This document shows, one piece after another, positions 31,736 to 42,022 of a stretch of 64,000 nt of DNA. The notes under the pieces were generated by a model, which was not told the origin of the DNA, searched no databases, and saw nothing but the letters and a program-made list of their open reading frames with translations. Every line of letters begins with the position of its first letter. The stretch's first letter is position 1. Source of the DNA: an uncultured Alteromonadaceae bacterium (GTDB lineage: Bacteria; Pseudomonadota; Gammaproteobacteria; Enterobacterales; Alteromonadaceae); NCBI GenBank assembly GCA_913056495.1, contig CAJXMO010000002.1, forward strand, positions 239,347 to 303,346, written 5' to 3'. Made by a program: the position numbers and the translations under genes.

Positions 31736-31824
31736 AGCTTTGCCCTTCAACTGTTAAAACTGGCGCAATGATATAACAGACGGACAAAAATGAGAATTTT
31801 TTCGACATAATTTATTCAGGATTC

Positions 31825-32676
31825 TCAGTTTTTAGGCACCTGACTGAGCTGCCAGTTATCAATTGCCCAATTCAGTATCCGGGTATTGGACTCTAAAAGA
31901 AGTTCCTTAGGTGGTTGCTGACCCAGACGCGCAATCACTTCAACGAGCAATTGAGACGATTTTTTTGTATCTAGAGCAGGCGCTCCGGTTTGTTTGCTGA
32001 GTTTTCTGCCATCGTTACCTAAAATAAGTGGAATATGGGCATACTGAGGTGGTTTTACATTCAGCGCAGCATATAACGAGTTTTGCCAGACAGTTGTATC
32101 AATCAAATCCTGACCGCGCACTATGTGCGTGATATTTTGATAGATATCATCTAATACAACCGCCAACTGATAAGCAAATAAACCATCCCGACGGCGAATG
32201 ATGAAATCTTCTGATGTTCGCGCTGATGTATTGATCACCGTATTATGGATTAAGTCTTCAAACTGAGTAAGAGGGGATGAATTTAAAAACCGAACCGCAC
32301 TGTCTTCTGCGGGTAAATTTAAATATCGGCAGTGGCCATTATAAACCCCGCCTGCGGCTCTTATCTGTTTGCGCGGACACCGACAAGCATAGGCTTTTTT
32401 TTCTTTGAGCCACATATCTAACTGATTTTGATAATCAGAAATACGTTCGCTTTGAAATAGGACGTCTCCATCCCATACCAAATCAAACGCTTGTAATTGT
32501 TCAAGTATTAGCTGGTCTGCCCCAGGCATTTCTCGTGGCGGATCCAGGTTTTCCATTCTGACAAGCCAGCGCCCCTTGTTTGCTTTAGCATCTAAATAAC
32601 TTGCAACAGCAGCAATCAGGGAACCTAAATGAAGCGGACCGGACGGAGAGGGGGCAAAACGACCTATGTATGTCAT
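31825..32676 (-). CDS. gluQ: Glutamyl-Q tRNA(Asp) synthetase
   Basis: RFAPSPSGPLHLGS, KLSKQ; short GluRS paralog downstream of dksA. Confidence 0.93.
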   Translation of the reverse strand: MTYIGRFAPSPSGPLHLGSLIAAVASYLDAKANKGRWLVRMENLDPPREMPGADQLILEQLQAFDLVWDGDVLFQSERISDYQNQLDMWLKEKKAYACRCPRKQIRAAGGVYNGHCRYLNLPAEDSAVRFLNSSPLTQFEDLIHNTVINTSARTSEDFIIRRRDGLFAYQLAVVLDDIYQNITHIVRGQDLIDTTVWQNSLYAALNVKPPQYAHIPLILGNDGRKLSKQTGAPALDTKKSSQLLVEVIARLGQQPPKELLLESNTRILNWAIDNWQLSQVPKN

Positions 32677-32718
32677 AGTGGAGTATAATTAAGCGGGCTG
32701 GTTTTGAGTTGGCAAAAG

Positions 32719-32750
32719 CCAAATGACCTTACAAACCTAAGGTCATTTGG
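32719..32750 (-). terminator. Hairpin between dksA and gluQ (terminator/attenuator)
   Basis: CCAAATGACCTT-8nt-AAGGTCATTTGG; short U-run on the minus strand. Confidence 0.6.
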
Positions 32751-32772
32751 CCTGTTTTTTGAAGCTTGTAGA

Positions 32773-33225
32773 TTAAAGACCTGCGTTTTGCTTTTCTTTA
32801 ATCTCGGCCAGTGTTTTACAGTCAATACATAAATCAGCTGTTGGTCTGGCTTCAAGTCGGCGTATGCCTATTTCAACGCCGCACTCTTCACAATAACCAA
32901 AATCTTCATTTTCAATTAACTGTAGCGTCTTCTCGATTTTTTTAATCAGTTTACGCTCACGGTCGCGAGTTCTTAACTCCAGACTAAATTCTTCTTCCTG
33001 TGACGCTCGGTCAACGGGATCCGGGAAATTAGCTGCTTCGTCTTGCATATGGTGCATGGTTTTATCAACCTCTGCACGTAATTGGCTGCGCCAGGTGGTC
33101 AGTATCTTTTTGAAATGCTCTAACTGCTTCTCATTCATATACTCCTCACCAGCTTCAATCTGGTAAGGTTGTAGACCTGCTTGAGCAATTATGCCAGTTG
33201 CTTTATTTTTTGTGCCAGCGGGCAT
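32773..33225 (-). CDS. dksA: RNA polymerase-binding factor DksA
   Basis: [10 protein letters not shown]; C4 zinc finger CEECG...CIDC; start at MPAG. Confidence 0.97.
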   Translation of the reverse strand: MPAGTKNKATGIIAQAGLQPYQIEAGEEYMNEKQLEHFKKILTTWRSQLRAEVDKTMHHMQDEAANFPDPVDRASQEEEFSLELRTRDRERKLIKKIEKTLQLIENEDFGYCEECGVEIGIRRLEARPTADLCIDCKTLAEIKEKQNAGL

Positions 33226-33487
33226 CTCACTTCTCCTAATCAATCGCCAGCTTATTGCTAGACGGCTATCTATATCAAAAACAATCTGAGTAAGCAATCT
33301 AATTATTAACAATTATTAATTTATAGGCATTAATCATAAATAAAGCCAATTTTATTGCTTATCAGTGTTTATACCTAAACCACTTGAGGCCATGTAATTA
33401 AGTTGCTCAGGTATGTCGAGCGCACTGAGTACATCAATGATGGGCTAGATATAGGGATGAAATTTGATTTTTCAAATAGATAAAATG

Positions 33488-33683
33488 AAAAAACGCCTCC
33501 GAAGAGGCGTTTTTTGAACGGTTAGCTGCATCCTAATTTGCGTCCTGCTATTTCCCTGGAATTAGTATCCTACTAAAACTTGCTCCTAGCATGTCCGTTT
33601 CCATTCTGCTTTTATCCTAAAAGCCTGACTTCCTGCCAGTTCCTTTTTGTTTCCATAAAGTCCGTTACTGATTGCGTCCTGCG
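33488..33683 (-). ncRNA. CsrB/Rsm-family CsrA-sequestering small RNA
   Basis: 13 GGA motifs in ~150 nt, several in hairpin loops (CTTTT-AGGAT-AAAAG, TTAGT-AGGAT-ACTAA, CTGGC-AGGAA-GTCAG); strong terminator 33488-33515; -10 TATTAT at 33690-33695; no ORF. Confidence 0.85.
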
Positions 33684-33840
33684 AGATAAATAATAGAAAA
33701 CTGGTCAAATAATGGTAGCCATTAAATACATTTAATTTTCTTTAGAATTTAATTAATTTAAAAATATGTATTTAAAAACAATAGTTTAAATAATAATCAG
33801 ACAAAGTCGGTAGTCACAAGAGTTTAAAAGCAGTCAGCTT

Positions 33841-33858
33841 ATGCAGAGATATCTTACA
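33841..33858 (-). promoter_or_regulatory. UvrY/GacA box upstream of the Csr sRNA
   Basis: Minus strand TGTAAGATATCTCTGCAT resembles TGTAAG-N6-CTTACA; ~160 bp upstream of the predicted TSS. Confidence 0.65.
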
Positions 33859-33880
33859 AAGTGGCGGGGGAATTAGGAGC

Positions 33881-33910
33881 AAAATACTCAGACACTTGTC
33901 TGAGTATTTT
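33881..33910 (-). terminator. Terminator of yceJ-yceI
   Basis: AAAATACTCAGAC-ACTT-GTCTGAGTATTTT. Confidence 0.8.
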
Positions 33911-33925
33911 AAGTATCAATTTAGT

Positions 33926-34513
33926 TTATTGACGAATCCCTTCAATGTGTAAATCTAAATACACATGAGTAGAAGCTGGCCCTAGATTAAAATCGATACC
34001 ATAATCTTTTAATGCAAATTCGGTTGTACCACTGAAACCTGCACGGTAGCCACCCCATGGATCTTTACCTTCACCAATTTTTTCAGCCATAATTGTCAAG
34101 TCATTGGTGACACCATTGAGGGTAAATTTACCTTTTACTTCAAGCTGTCCGTTGGCAGCAGGCTTAATCGAGGTACTTTCAAATGTTGCCTTTGGAAATT
34201 TGTCGACTGTCAGAAAATCATCACCACGTAAATGTTTGTCACGCTCTGCATGGTTTGTATCTACGCTAGTCGTATCTATATTTACAAGAATTTTTGCCTT
34301 TTCGATATTCTCTTTATCGTATTCAAAATTGCCGTCAAAAGAGTTAAAGCGACCCTGCAACCAACTATATCCTAAATGTTGAACCTTAAAGTTTATTGAA
34401 GCATGAGCGCCTTTCTGGTCATCATCGATAAGGTAATTAGCGGCTAATGCAGAGCCGGATAATGCGGCATAAGCTAAGCCAGTCATGAGCGTTTTTTTCA
34501 GTACGTTGCGCAT
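33926..34513 (-). CDS. yceI: YceI-family periplasmic lipid/polyisoprenoid-binding protein
   Basis: Signal peptide; HLGYS, RDKHLR, DPWGGYRAGF. Confidence 0.92.
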   Translation of the reverse strand: MRNVLKKTLMTGLAYAALSGSALAANYLIDDDQKGAHASINFKVQHLGYSWLQGRFNSFDGNFEYDKENIEKAKILVNIDTTSVDTNHAERDKHLRGDDFLTVDKFPKATFESTSIKPAANGQLEVKGKFTLNGVTNDLTIMAEKIGEGKDPWGGYRAGFSGTTEFALKDYGIDFNLGPASTHVYLDLHIEGIRQ

Positions 34514-34525
34514 ATAAAGTTTTCC

Positions 34526-35065
34526 TTATTTTATTGGGGTGATACGTTTAATAATTTCATCTTTGAGAATGAACTGGTGTTGAATAAAAGCCAATATATG
34601 TAGTACGACCAGTCCGATTAATACGTAGGCTGTATATTGATGGATCAGACCGGCTGTATCTGCCTGCTCATTGCCATAACTTAGGACAGCCGGCACAGAA
34701 AACATATCAAATACATTGATCGCTTTTCCGCTGGCTGTTGAAATTAAATAGCCGCTGATCAAAATAATAAAGGTGCAAAGGTACATGAGAATATGTGTCA
34801 AACCTGCCAGTTTATTCTGCCAGGCCGCGATATTTTCCAGTGGTTTTGGAGATGTCTGAACCACTTTGACCAATAATCGAGCCAGCATAATGATGGCTAA
34901 TAGAACACCCAGCCCCTTGTGAATATTAGGCGCTCTTTGATACCAGGGATCATAATAACTGAGTTCGACCATCCATATGCCTAAGATAAATAACCCTAAG
35001 ATCAAAATGGCAGATAGCCAGTGGGTTAGTTGAATTAATTTGGGATGTTTAGTGTCATGGCTCAT
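34526..35065 (-). CDS. yceJ: Cytochrome b561 (YceJ-like)
   Basis: HWL, HKGLG and further heme His residues in 4 TMs; cotranscribed with yceI. Confidence 0.85.
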   Translation of the reverse strand: MSHDTKHPKLIQLTHWLSAILILGLFILGIWMVELSYYDPWYQRAPNIHKGLGVLLAIIMLARLLVKVVQTSPKPLENIAAWQNKLAGLTHILMYLCTFIILISGYLISTASGKAINVFDMFSVPAVLSYGNEQADTAGLIHQYTAYVLIGLVVLHILAFIQHQFILKDEIIKRITPIK

Positions 35066-35383
35066 GACGTTTCCTTTTTGATGTCCAGAAGGCTTTGCGC
35101 TTCTACTATATAGTATGATTAATATGCAATATAGGTTACTGTTTTTTGACAGTAAAGTTAAATCGTCCGACTTTTAAATTGGCTGCTTTGGTAAAACTTG
35201 TGTCTTTTCACGTTTTTTAAGAAAAAACAGTTAAAAATTTAAATTTCTCACTTGAGATATAAATCGCCACCGTGCATTATCATTAACACGCATTTGGAGC
35301 TAAATGAATTCGATTCAATTTTTAGAAAACAGTTCCATGTAGTTTGCTGAGACATTTAAATTAATATAATAGGGAACACGACT

Positions 35384-36217
35384 ATGGTTCAGAAATGTTT
35401 ATTTCCTGCTGCGGGTTATGGGACTCGTTTTTTACCTGCAACTAAAGCACAAGCTAAAGAGATGCTGCCAATTGTAAACAAGCCACTGATTCAGTATGGC
35501 GTTGAGGAAGCGTTAGAAGCTGGCATGCAATATATAGGTTTTGTCACCGGGCGAACCAAAAGAGCCATTGCCGATCATTTTGATATTTCATATGAATTAG
35601 AAAACGAAATCTCAGGCACCAGTAAAGAAAAATTCTTAGAATCGGTTCGTTATGTGATGAATAATGGTATTTTTTCTTTCACGCGTCAGCCGGAAATGAA
35701 AGGTTTGGGTCATGCAATTCTATGCGGTGAAACTTTGATGGGCGATCACCCGTTTGGTGTGATTTTAGCGGATGATTTGTGTTTACCTGAGACGGTCGGT
35801 GGCGAAGGTGTCATGGCGCAAATGTCAAAAATTCATGAAGAGACGGGTTGCTCTGTGATTGCTCTGATGGAAGTACCGGAAGAAACTATCTCTAAATATG
35901 GTGTTATCGCAGGTGAAGATTTAGGCGATGGCCGTTATCGTGTAAGTGATATGGTTGAAAAACCTGCAAAAGAAGACGCGCCTTCAAATCTGGCTATTAT
36001 TGGTCGCTATATTTTAACGCCGGATATTTTTGATATTATCCGCAATACGCCTCCGGGTAAAAACGATGAGATTCAATTAACGGATGCATTGTTAACTCAA
36101 GCTAAGCAAGGCAAAGTCATTGGCTATAAGTTTAAAGGTACACGCTTTGACTGTGGTAGTGTTGAAGGCTTTGTTGAAGCAACAAATTATGTATTTGAGA
36201 ACATCTATAAAGGTTAA
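35384..36217 (+). CDS. galU: UTP--glucose-1-phosphate uridylyltransferase
   Basis: PAAGYGTRFLPATK, KEMLPIVNKP, VEKP, FDCG. Confidence 0.95.
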   Translation: MVQKCLFPAAGYGTRFLPATKAQAKEMLPIVNKPLIQYGVEEALEAGMQYIGFVTGRTKRAIADHFDISYELENEISGTSKEKFLESVRYVMNNGIFSFTRQPEMKGLGHAILCGETLMGDHPFGVILADDLCLPETVGGEGVMAQMSKIHEETGCSVIALMEVPEETISKYGVIAGEDLGDGRYRVSDMVEKPAKEDAPSNLAIIGRYILTPDIFDIIRNTPPGKNDEIQLTDALLTQAKQGKVIGYKFKGTRFDCGSVEGFVEATNYVFENIYKG

Positions 36218-36285
36218 GCTAATATAGGTTGTTTTGAGGCGCTGTAATTCAGTTACAGCCCCTCTGGTTTTTATCTTTACCCCAG

Positions 36286-37938
36286 TTATACCAGGCTGTA
36301 ATGCACCTCAATCGTTTTACCCTGATTTTTATATTCCAGTTTGTCCGCCAGCTCCGAAATAAGTTTTAAGCCTCTGCCGTGTTGATCTTTCTGATTGAGA
36401 ATTTGATTCAGTCGTTCGCAGTCAAACCCTTTACCACTATCTGTTATCGAAAGTCTGATTTGATGTTGATTAGGCAGGTGGCATATATCCAGTTCGAGAA
36501 ATCCTTCATCCAGCCTTTCAAGTACGTTTTGTCTTTCAATATAGTATTCAAAAAAACCATCTTCGGCATCTTTAAGTTTTGAATCAAGCCCTAGTAACCC
36601 ATGATCGACTGAATTGTTGTACATTTCTGCCAGTAGCAAAAATAAAGTTGATCTGTGTTTTTCCATGCCTTGAAAGCTTGCAATCATATCAATCACCTGA
36701 GCGACCGGATCTGTATTTCTGATATCCTGCGGCAGCAGTTTAAGTTGTATTTTCCAGGGCAATAAAGGGATAGGGATATTCGGTTGACTGATATTGTCTG
36801 TTGCGGGCAAGCATTTAAGCTGTGCAATTGATATATCATCCGCTTGCTCTGAAGATCCGCGATAATCATCTAAATGGGCAATCAGCTCAAACAATTCTGC
36901 TTTTGGATGTGCCTGATAATACTCGGCTAATCTGTCTTCACCAAACATGACTTCCTGGGGATCCATGGTTTCGGTTACGCCATCTGTAAATATGAGTAAA
37001 CGGTCATGAGGGGTTACATCACAGTTAACCATTTCCGTTTCAAATTCATCATCTTCCAGTATACCTAAAGCCATATGCTGCGGCATGAGCGTTTGTCTAA
37101 GTCCGGTTCTGTCATCAATAATAAATACTTCTGGCATGCCGCCACTCCATATTGAGATGGCTTTACCACTATTTGATAACTCAATAATGGTGGCAGCGCA
37201 GAACATATCATCCGGCAGCAGGTTAAGTAACTGAGCGTTAATTTCTTTAGCGATGTCGCCGACAATTAACCCTTCGTTTGTTTTATTAAAGAAAGTTTGT
37301 GCCGTTGGCAAGGCACCTACTGCTGCAGCTAAACCATGCCCGGTGAAATCGCCTAAAAACAAGTAAGTCCCGCCCAGCGGACTTCTGTTTGCTAAAAATA
37401 AGTCACCATTAAACATAGAAGCCGGGGAGAGATGATAGCTGACAATTTCATCTAAATAAGCGTTTTTTGAAAATGCATTTGAAAAAATATGCTCAATAAT
37501 AGCGTGTTCACGCTGAGTCTGATTTTGATAGTATTTAAGCTCGTTTCTTTGTTCCAGTAATCGTTTTGAAAGCTCTCTCGTTCTGGCGTGGGCTTTAATT
37601 TTTGCAGACAGCAAAACCTTATCGAATGGTTTGGTTAAAAAATCATCTCCACCGACTTCTAGGCATCGCAACATAGAATCCTGATCATCCAGGGAGGTGA
37701 TAAATATAATGGGTAAATGAAGGTCACCGGCCAGGTCTTTTAAAATCGGAGCAGTTTCAAATCCGTCCATGACAGGCATAATGACATCTAATAAAATAAT
37801 ATCAGGCTGCGTCTCTTTAAATGTCTCCAGAGCATGCTTGCCATGTTCAGCATGAAAAACCTGATATCCCTCTAACTCAAGCATGTACTTGAGCATGATC
37901 CGGTTTAGCTCCTGATCATCTACAACCAAAATCCGCAT
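36286..37938 (-). CDS. REC + PP2C/SpoIIE phosphatase + GHKL kinase (CrsR/HsbR-like)
   Basis: N-terminal receiver (VVDD, LLDVIMP), GDFTGHG, FTDG, DDIS, then EMYNNSVDHG...DSGKGF...GRGL. Confidence 0.88.
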   Translation of the reverse strand: MRILVVDDQELNRIMLKYMLELEGYQVFHAEHGKHALETFKETQPDIILLDVIMPVMDGFETAPILKDLAGDLHLPIIFITSLDDQDSMLRCLEVGGDDFLTKPFDKVLLSAKIKAHARTRELSKRLLEQRNELKYYQNQTQREHAIIEHIFSNAFSKNAYLDEIVSYHLSPASMFNGDLFLANRSPLGGTYLFLGDFTGHGLAAAVGALPTAQTFFNKTNEGLIVGDIAKEINAQLLNLLPDDMFCAATIIELSNSGKAISIWSGGMPEVFIIDDRTGLRQTLMPQHMALGILEDDEFETEMVNCDVTPHDRLLIFTDGVTETMDPQEVMFGEDRLAEYYQAHPKAELFELIAHLDDYRGSSEQADDISIAQLKCLPATDNISQPNIPIPLLPWKIQLKLLPQDIRNTDPVAQVIDMIASFQGMEKHRSTLFLLLAEMYNNSVDHGLLGLDSKLKDAEDGFFEYYIERQNVLERLDEGFLELDICHLPNQHQIRLSITDSGKGFDCERLNQILNQKDQHGRGLKLISELADKLEYKNQGKTIEVHYSLV

Positions 37939-37982
37939 CGATAACTCCTTGCTGTATTGTGAAAATACGGAATGTAAAGGGG

Positions 37983-38288
37983 TTAATCGATAATGAATTT
38001 TTTATCAAATCTGGAAATTTGCAGAATCTTTTTGATTTGCGGGCGGCAATTACTGATGGTGATTGATGATACTGTGTCGCCTAAATTCTTCTGCATATTG
38101 AGCAGCATACCCAATGCAGAAGAGTCCATATATTCGGTATTTCTCAGATCCACAACCAGTTTAGGTTTATTTGTGCCTACTTGTTGATAAGCAGCTCTAA
38201 AGTCCTGGACTAAATTAAAATCGAATTTACCATCAATTTGAATCGTAAATGTACTACCGTCAGACGATAAGTTTTGGGTTAGGCTCAT
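37983..38288 (-). CDS. STAS anti-sigma-factor antagonist (CrsA/HsbA-like)
   Basis: YMDSSALGMLL phospho-Ser motif; start at MSLTQ. Confidence 0.9.
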   Translation of the reverse strand: MSLTQNLSSDGSTFTIQIDGKFDFNLVQDFRAAYQQVGTNKPKLVVDLRNTEYMDSSALGMLLNMQKNLGDTVSSITISNCRPQIKKILQISRFDKKFIID

Positions 38289-38644
38289 GCAGACTTTTCC
38301 TGTCAATTTATTTGAATAAATTTATACACCTACCCGAAGTTTAGCAGCTTGATTCTATTTGTGAATAATAAAAAGTGCGAAACTGTATTTATCTGTTATG
38401 TTTACGAATTGATACACGGATACAGCAAGCTTAATCGGCTGTTAACCAGTTAAATGAATAGCTTTTTGGCCGGAAAATTTAACTTTGTTTTCTTTTTCAG
38501 TAACTGAGCAATTCGGAGTTTTCTTGTTAATTAGATTGATAATTATCTGACTAAACACATGGTAACCAGATTCAAATCAAGGTATAAATATATTCACATA
38601 AAAAATATAAAACTTAATAATAACAACAAGTACAAGGCAATGAG

Positions 38645-39442
38645 ATGACAGAATTATCGCCAGCTGATTTATCAATACTGCTCGTAGAGCCCTCGGCAGT
38701 TCAACGCAAAGTCATTATCAAACACTTAGAAAAAGAAGCCATTACTCAGATTACTCAGGCTGAAGATATTCAGTCGGCCAGAGCATCTATTATGCAGCAC
38801 ATTCCGGATTTGGTTATCTCATCTTTGCATTTTCCAGATGGTACCGGGCTTGAATTATTGCATCATATCCGTCATTCAGAGCCTTATTCCGATGTGCCAT
38901 TTATGTTGGTCTCGAGTGAGTGGCGTAAAGAGCAGTTGGAAGAATTTAAGCAAGCCGGTGTGGTTGCTATTTTACCCAAACCTTTTGACTCTGCACATTT
39001 AGGGACGGCAATCAATTCTACGCTGGATTTATTATCCGCTGATGAATTAAATCTTGAACTGTTTGATGTACATGATATCCGCGTGCTTGTTGTAGACGAT
39101 AGTCGTTTGGCGCGCAACCACATTAAACGGGTCCTTAGCAATCTTGGCGTGCAAAGAATTACAGAAGCTGAAGATGGTGAACAGGCAAAAACGATTTTAA
39201 ATGAAAAAATGTTTGATCTTGTGGTGACTGATTTTAATATGCCGAATCTAGACGGGCGTGAGTTAACTGAATTTATTCGTCAAAACAGTCAACAGTCGCA
39301 TATTCCTGTGTTGATGGTGAGTTCTGAAGCTAATGAAACTCACTTGGCCAATATTGAACAAGCTGGTGTAAATGCCATTTGTGATAAACCGTTTGAGCCA
39401 CAAATGGTTAAACAAATACTCTTTAATCTGCTAAACCAATAA
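38645..39442 (+). CDS. Tandem-receiver response regulator without output domain
   Basis: Two REC domains; first degenerate (VEPS, ISSLHFP), second canonical (VVDD, TDFNMP, KPF). Confidence 0.85.
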   Translation: MTELSPADLSILLVEPSAVQRKVIIKHLEKEAITQITQAEDIQSARASIMQHIPDLVISSLHFPDGTGLELLHHIRHSEPYSDVPFMLVSSEWRKEQLEEFKQAGVVAILPKPFDSAHLGTAINSTLDLLSADELNLELFDVHDIRVLVVDDSRLARNHIKRVLSNLGVQRITEAEDGEQAKTILNEKMFDLVVTDFNMPNLDGRELTEFIRQNSQQSHIPVLMVSSEANETHLANIEQAGVNAICDKPFEPQMVKQILFNLLNQ

Positions 39443-39508
39443 ATTCGCTTGTCCCTGTTACTTTTTAACCTAAATTTGCAATTAGTACTTTGTTAGCTGA
39501 GCTGGCAG

Positions 39509-39606
39509 TGATAAACTACGCCGCCCTGATTTAACGTAAATTCAGGGTACAGTAGTCATTTTGGTCGCGAAATGACTACATTCATTATTTTATTGGAGTA
39601 TTTTAT
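39509..39606 (+). promoter_or_regulatory. rplY promoter and L25 leader
   Basis: TGaTAAACT plus GC discriminator; hairpin GTAGTCATTT-TGGTCGCG-AAATGACTAC (39552-39579) with a GGUCGC loop. Confidence 0.65.
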
Positions 39607-40230
39607 ATGTCAACTATCGAAATTAGCGCATCTTTGCGTAACGATTTGGGGAAAGGTGCGAGCCGCCGCCTACGTCACGCAGAGCAAATTCCTGCTGTTG
39701 TATATGGCGCTGGTAAGGACGCTCAAGCTTTAACAATTGAGCACCGCATCATTTACAAAGCACAAGAGCAAGAAAGCTTCTACTCACAAGTTTTAAACTT
39801 AGTGATTGACGGTGAAAACACTGACGTAATCGTTAAAGATATTCAACGTCACCCGTTCAAGCCAAAAATCATGCACGTTGACTTTTTACGTGTTGTTGCT
39901 GGCCAAGAGATTCATACAACTGTACCTTTACACTTCATCAATGAAGACCAACCTGCTAAAGCGGGCGGTATTGTTTCTCACCACGCAAATGAAATTGAAA
40001 TCGCTTGTTTACCAAAAGATTTACCTGAATTCATCGAAGTTGATGTAGCAGGTCTTAAAGTAGGTGATTCTGTTCATTTATCAGACGTTAAATTACCAGC
40101 TGGTGCAAGCTCTGTTGAGTTGGCTAAAGGTGCAGATCACGATAGTGCTATCGTAACTATCGATAAGCCTAAAGGTCCAGCAGCTGAAGATGAAGGCGAC
40201 GCTGAAGCAGCTGAAACAGACGCTGAGTAA
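39607..40230 (+). CDS. rplY: 50S ribosomal protein L25/CTC
   Basis: [19 protein letters not shown]; long CTC form. Confidence 0.97.
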   Translation: MSTIEISASLRNDLGKGASRRLRHAEQIPAVVYGAGKDAQALTIEHRIIYKAQEQESFYSQVLNLVIDGENTDVIVKDIQRHPFKPKIMHVDFLRVVAGQEIHTTVPLHFINEDQPAKAGGIVSHHANEIEIACLPKDLPEFIEVDVAGLKVGDSVHLSDVKLPAGASSVELAKGADHDSAIVTIDKPKGPAAEDEGDAEAAETDAE

Positions 40231-40247
40231 TATCGGGTTTTAACCTG

Positions 40248-40835
40248 ATGACAGAGACTGTTAAAATGATCGTGGGCCTGGGTAATCCAGGCCCCGAATA
40301 TGAAAAAACTCGCCATAATGCTGGAGAGTGGTACGTCCGCGAACTAGCACAAAGATATAATGCCCAACTAAAATTAGATTCAAAATATTTTGGTTTCACA
40401 GGGCTAATTCAAATTAATGGCCAAGATATACGCTTGCTGATCCCAACCACTTTTATGAACCGAAGTGGCCAGGCTGTTGCCGCACTTGCCCAGTTTTATA
40501 AAATCCCTGCAGAACAAATTTTAATTGCTCATGATGAACTCGATATTCCACCCGGTATTGCTAAATTTAAGCGCGGTGGGGGTCATGGTGGACATAACGG
40601 CTTACGAGACAGTATTAGTCGTTTAGCAAATAACAAAGACTTTTTACGTCTGAGAATAGGGATTGGTCATCCGGGCAGTAAAGAACGAGTGACAGGCCAT
40701 GTTTTGGGTAAAGCACCAAAATCAGAACAAGAACTAATTGATGCAGCGATTGATGAAGCTGTAAGGTGCACTGAGGTTTGGTTGCGAGATGGCTACACCA
40801 AAGCGGTAAGCCGATTACATAGTTTTAAAGCATAA
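40248..40835 (+). CDS. pth: Peptidyl-tRNA hydrolase
   Basis: VGLGNPG, TRHNAG, FMNRSG, HDELD, GGHNG. Confidence 0.97.
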   Translation: MTETVKMIVGLGNPGPEYEKTRHNAGEWYVRELAQRYNAQLKLDSKYFGFTGLIQINGQDIRLLIPTTFMNRSGQAVAALAQFYKIPAEQILIAHDELDIPPGIAKFKRGGGHGGHNGLRDSISRLANNKDFLRLRIGIGHPGSKERVTGHVLGKAPKSEQELIDAAIDEAVRCTEVWLRDGYTKAVSRLHSFKA

Positions 40836-40846
40836 GGTTTTTAGAT

Positions 40847-41938
40847 ATGGGTTTTAAATGTGGTATCGTCGGATTACCAAATGTTGGTAAATCTACATTA
40901 TTCAATGCATTAACAGAAGCTGGTATTGAAGCAGCTAACTTTCCGTTTTGTACAATTGAACCAAACACGGGGGTTGTACCTGTACCGGATCCAAGATTAG
41001 ACGAACTTGCAAAAATAGTTAACCCACAACGTATACTGCCGACCACCATGGAATTTGTTGATATTGCCGGTTTGGTTGCAGGCGCCTCTAAAGGTGAAGG
41101 GTTAGGTAATAAATTTTTGGCGAATATTCGTGAGACTGATGCAATAGGTCACGTTGTACGTTGTTTCGAGAACGATAATATTGTTCACGTCGCGGGTCGT
41201 GTTGATCCAGCTGAAGATATTGATACCATCAATACTGAGCTTGCATTAGCGGATATGGACACATGCGAGAAAGCCATGGTTCGCGCGGCTAAAAAAGCAA
41301 AAGGCGGTGACAAAGATGCCAAGTTTGAAATTGAGGTTTTAGAGAAGCTAAAACCAACATTAGACGAAGGCGGTATGCTGCGGTCATTGGAGTTTAGCCC
41401 GGAAGAAAAAGCAGCCATTGCTTATTTAAATTTCCTGACTCTAAAACCAACCATGTATATTGCTAACGTTAATGACGATGGTTTTGAAAATAACCCTTAT
41501 CTTGATGTAGTTCGTGAAATCGCGGCAAAAGAAAATGCGATTGTGGTTCCCGTGTGTGCTGAAATTGAAGCTGAACTTGCTGACTTGGAAGCTGACGAAA
41601 GAGCTGACTTTATGGCTGATTTAGGTTTGGATGAACCTGGCTTAAACCGAGTCATACGTGGCGGTTATGAATTATTAAACCTGCATACTTATTTTACTGC
41701 GGGTGTGAAAGAAGTTCGAGCTTGGACTATTAAGGTAAACTCCACTGCACCTCAGGCAGCCGGTAAAATTCATACTGACTTTGAAAAAGGTTTTATTCGG
41801 GCCGAAGTTGTTGCATATGATGATTTCATTGGCAACAAGGGTGAATCAGGTGCTAAAGAAGCTGGTAAATGGCGTCTTGAAGGTAAAGATTATATCGTTA
41901 AAGATGGTGATGTTATTCATTTCCGCTTTAATGTATAA
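40847..41938 (+). CDS. ychF: Redox-regulated ATPase YchF
   Basis: [24 protein letters not shown]. Confidence 0.98.
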   Translation: MGFKCGIVGLPNVGKSTLFNALTEAGIEAANFPFCTIEPNTGVVPVPDPRLDELAKIVNPQRILPTTMEFVDIAGLVAGASKGEGLGNKFLANIRETDAIGHVVRCFENDNIVHVAGRVDPAEDIDTINTELALADMDTCEKAMVRAAKKAKGGDKDAKFEIEVLEKLKPTLDEGGMLRSLEFSPEEKAAIAYLNFLTLKPTMYIANVNDDGFENNPYLDVVREIAAKENAIVVPVCAEIEAELADLEADERADFMADLGLDEPGLNRVIRGGYELLNLHTYFTAGVKEVRAWTIKVNSTAPQAAGKIHTDFEKGFIRAEVVAYDDFIGNKGESGAKEAGKWRLEGKDYIVKDGDVIHFRFNV

Positions 41939-41960
41939 GCGAATAAACATTTTAAAAATC

Positions 41961-41992
41961 AAAAATAAAGCCGCTTTAGCGGCTTTATTTTT
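41961..41992. terminator. Bidirectional terminator after ychF
   Basis: AAAAATAAAGCCGC-TTTA-GCGGCTTTATTTTT. Confidence 0.85.
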
Positions 41993-42022
41993 GTCTGCTG
42001 CTAACCGTTTTAACAGGGCTCA

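Noticed and set aside
33520-33685. Recurrent TCCT units considered as a CRISPR or tandem array
   Set aside because: No constant repeat length or spacers and no cas genes; better explained as GGA loops of a Csr sRNA
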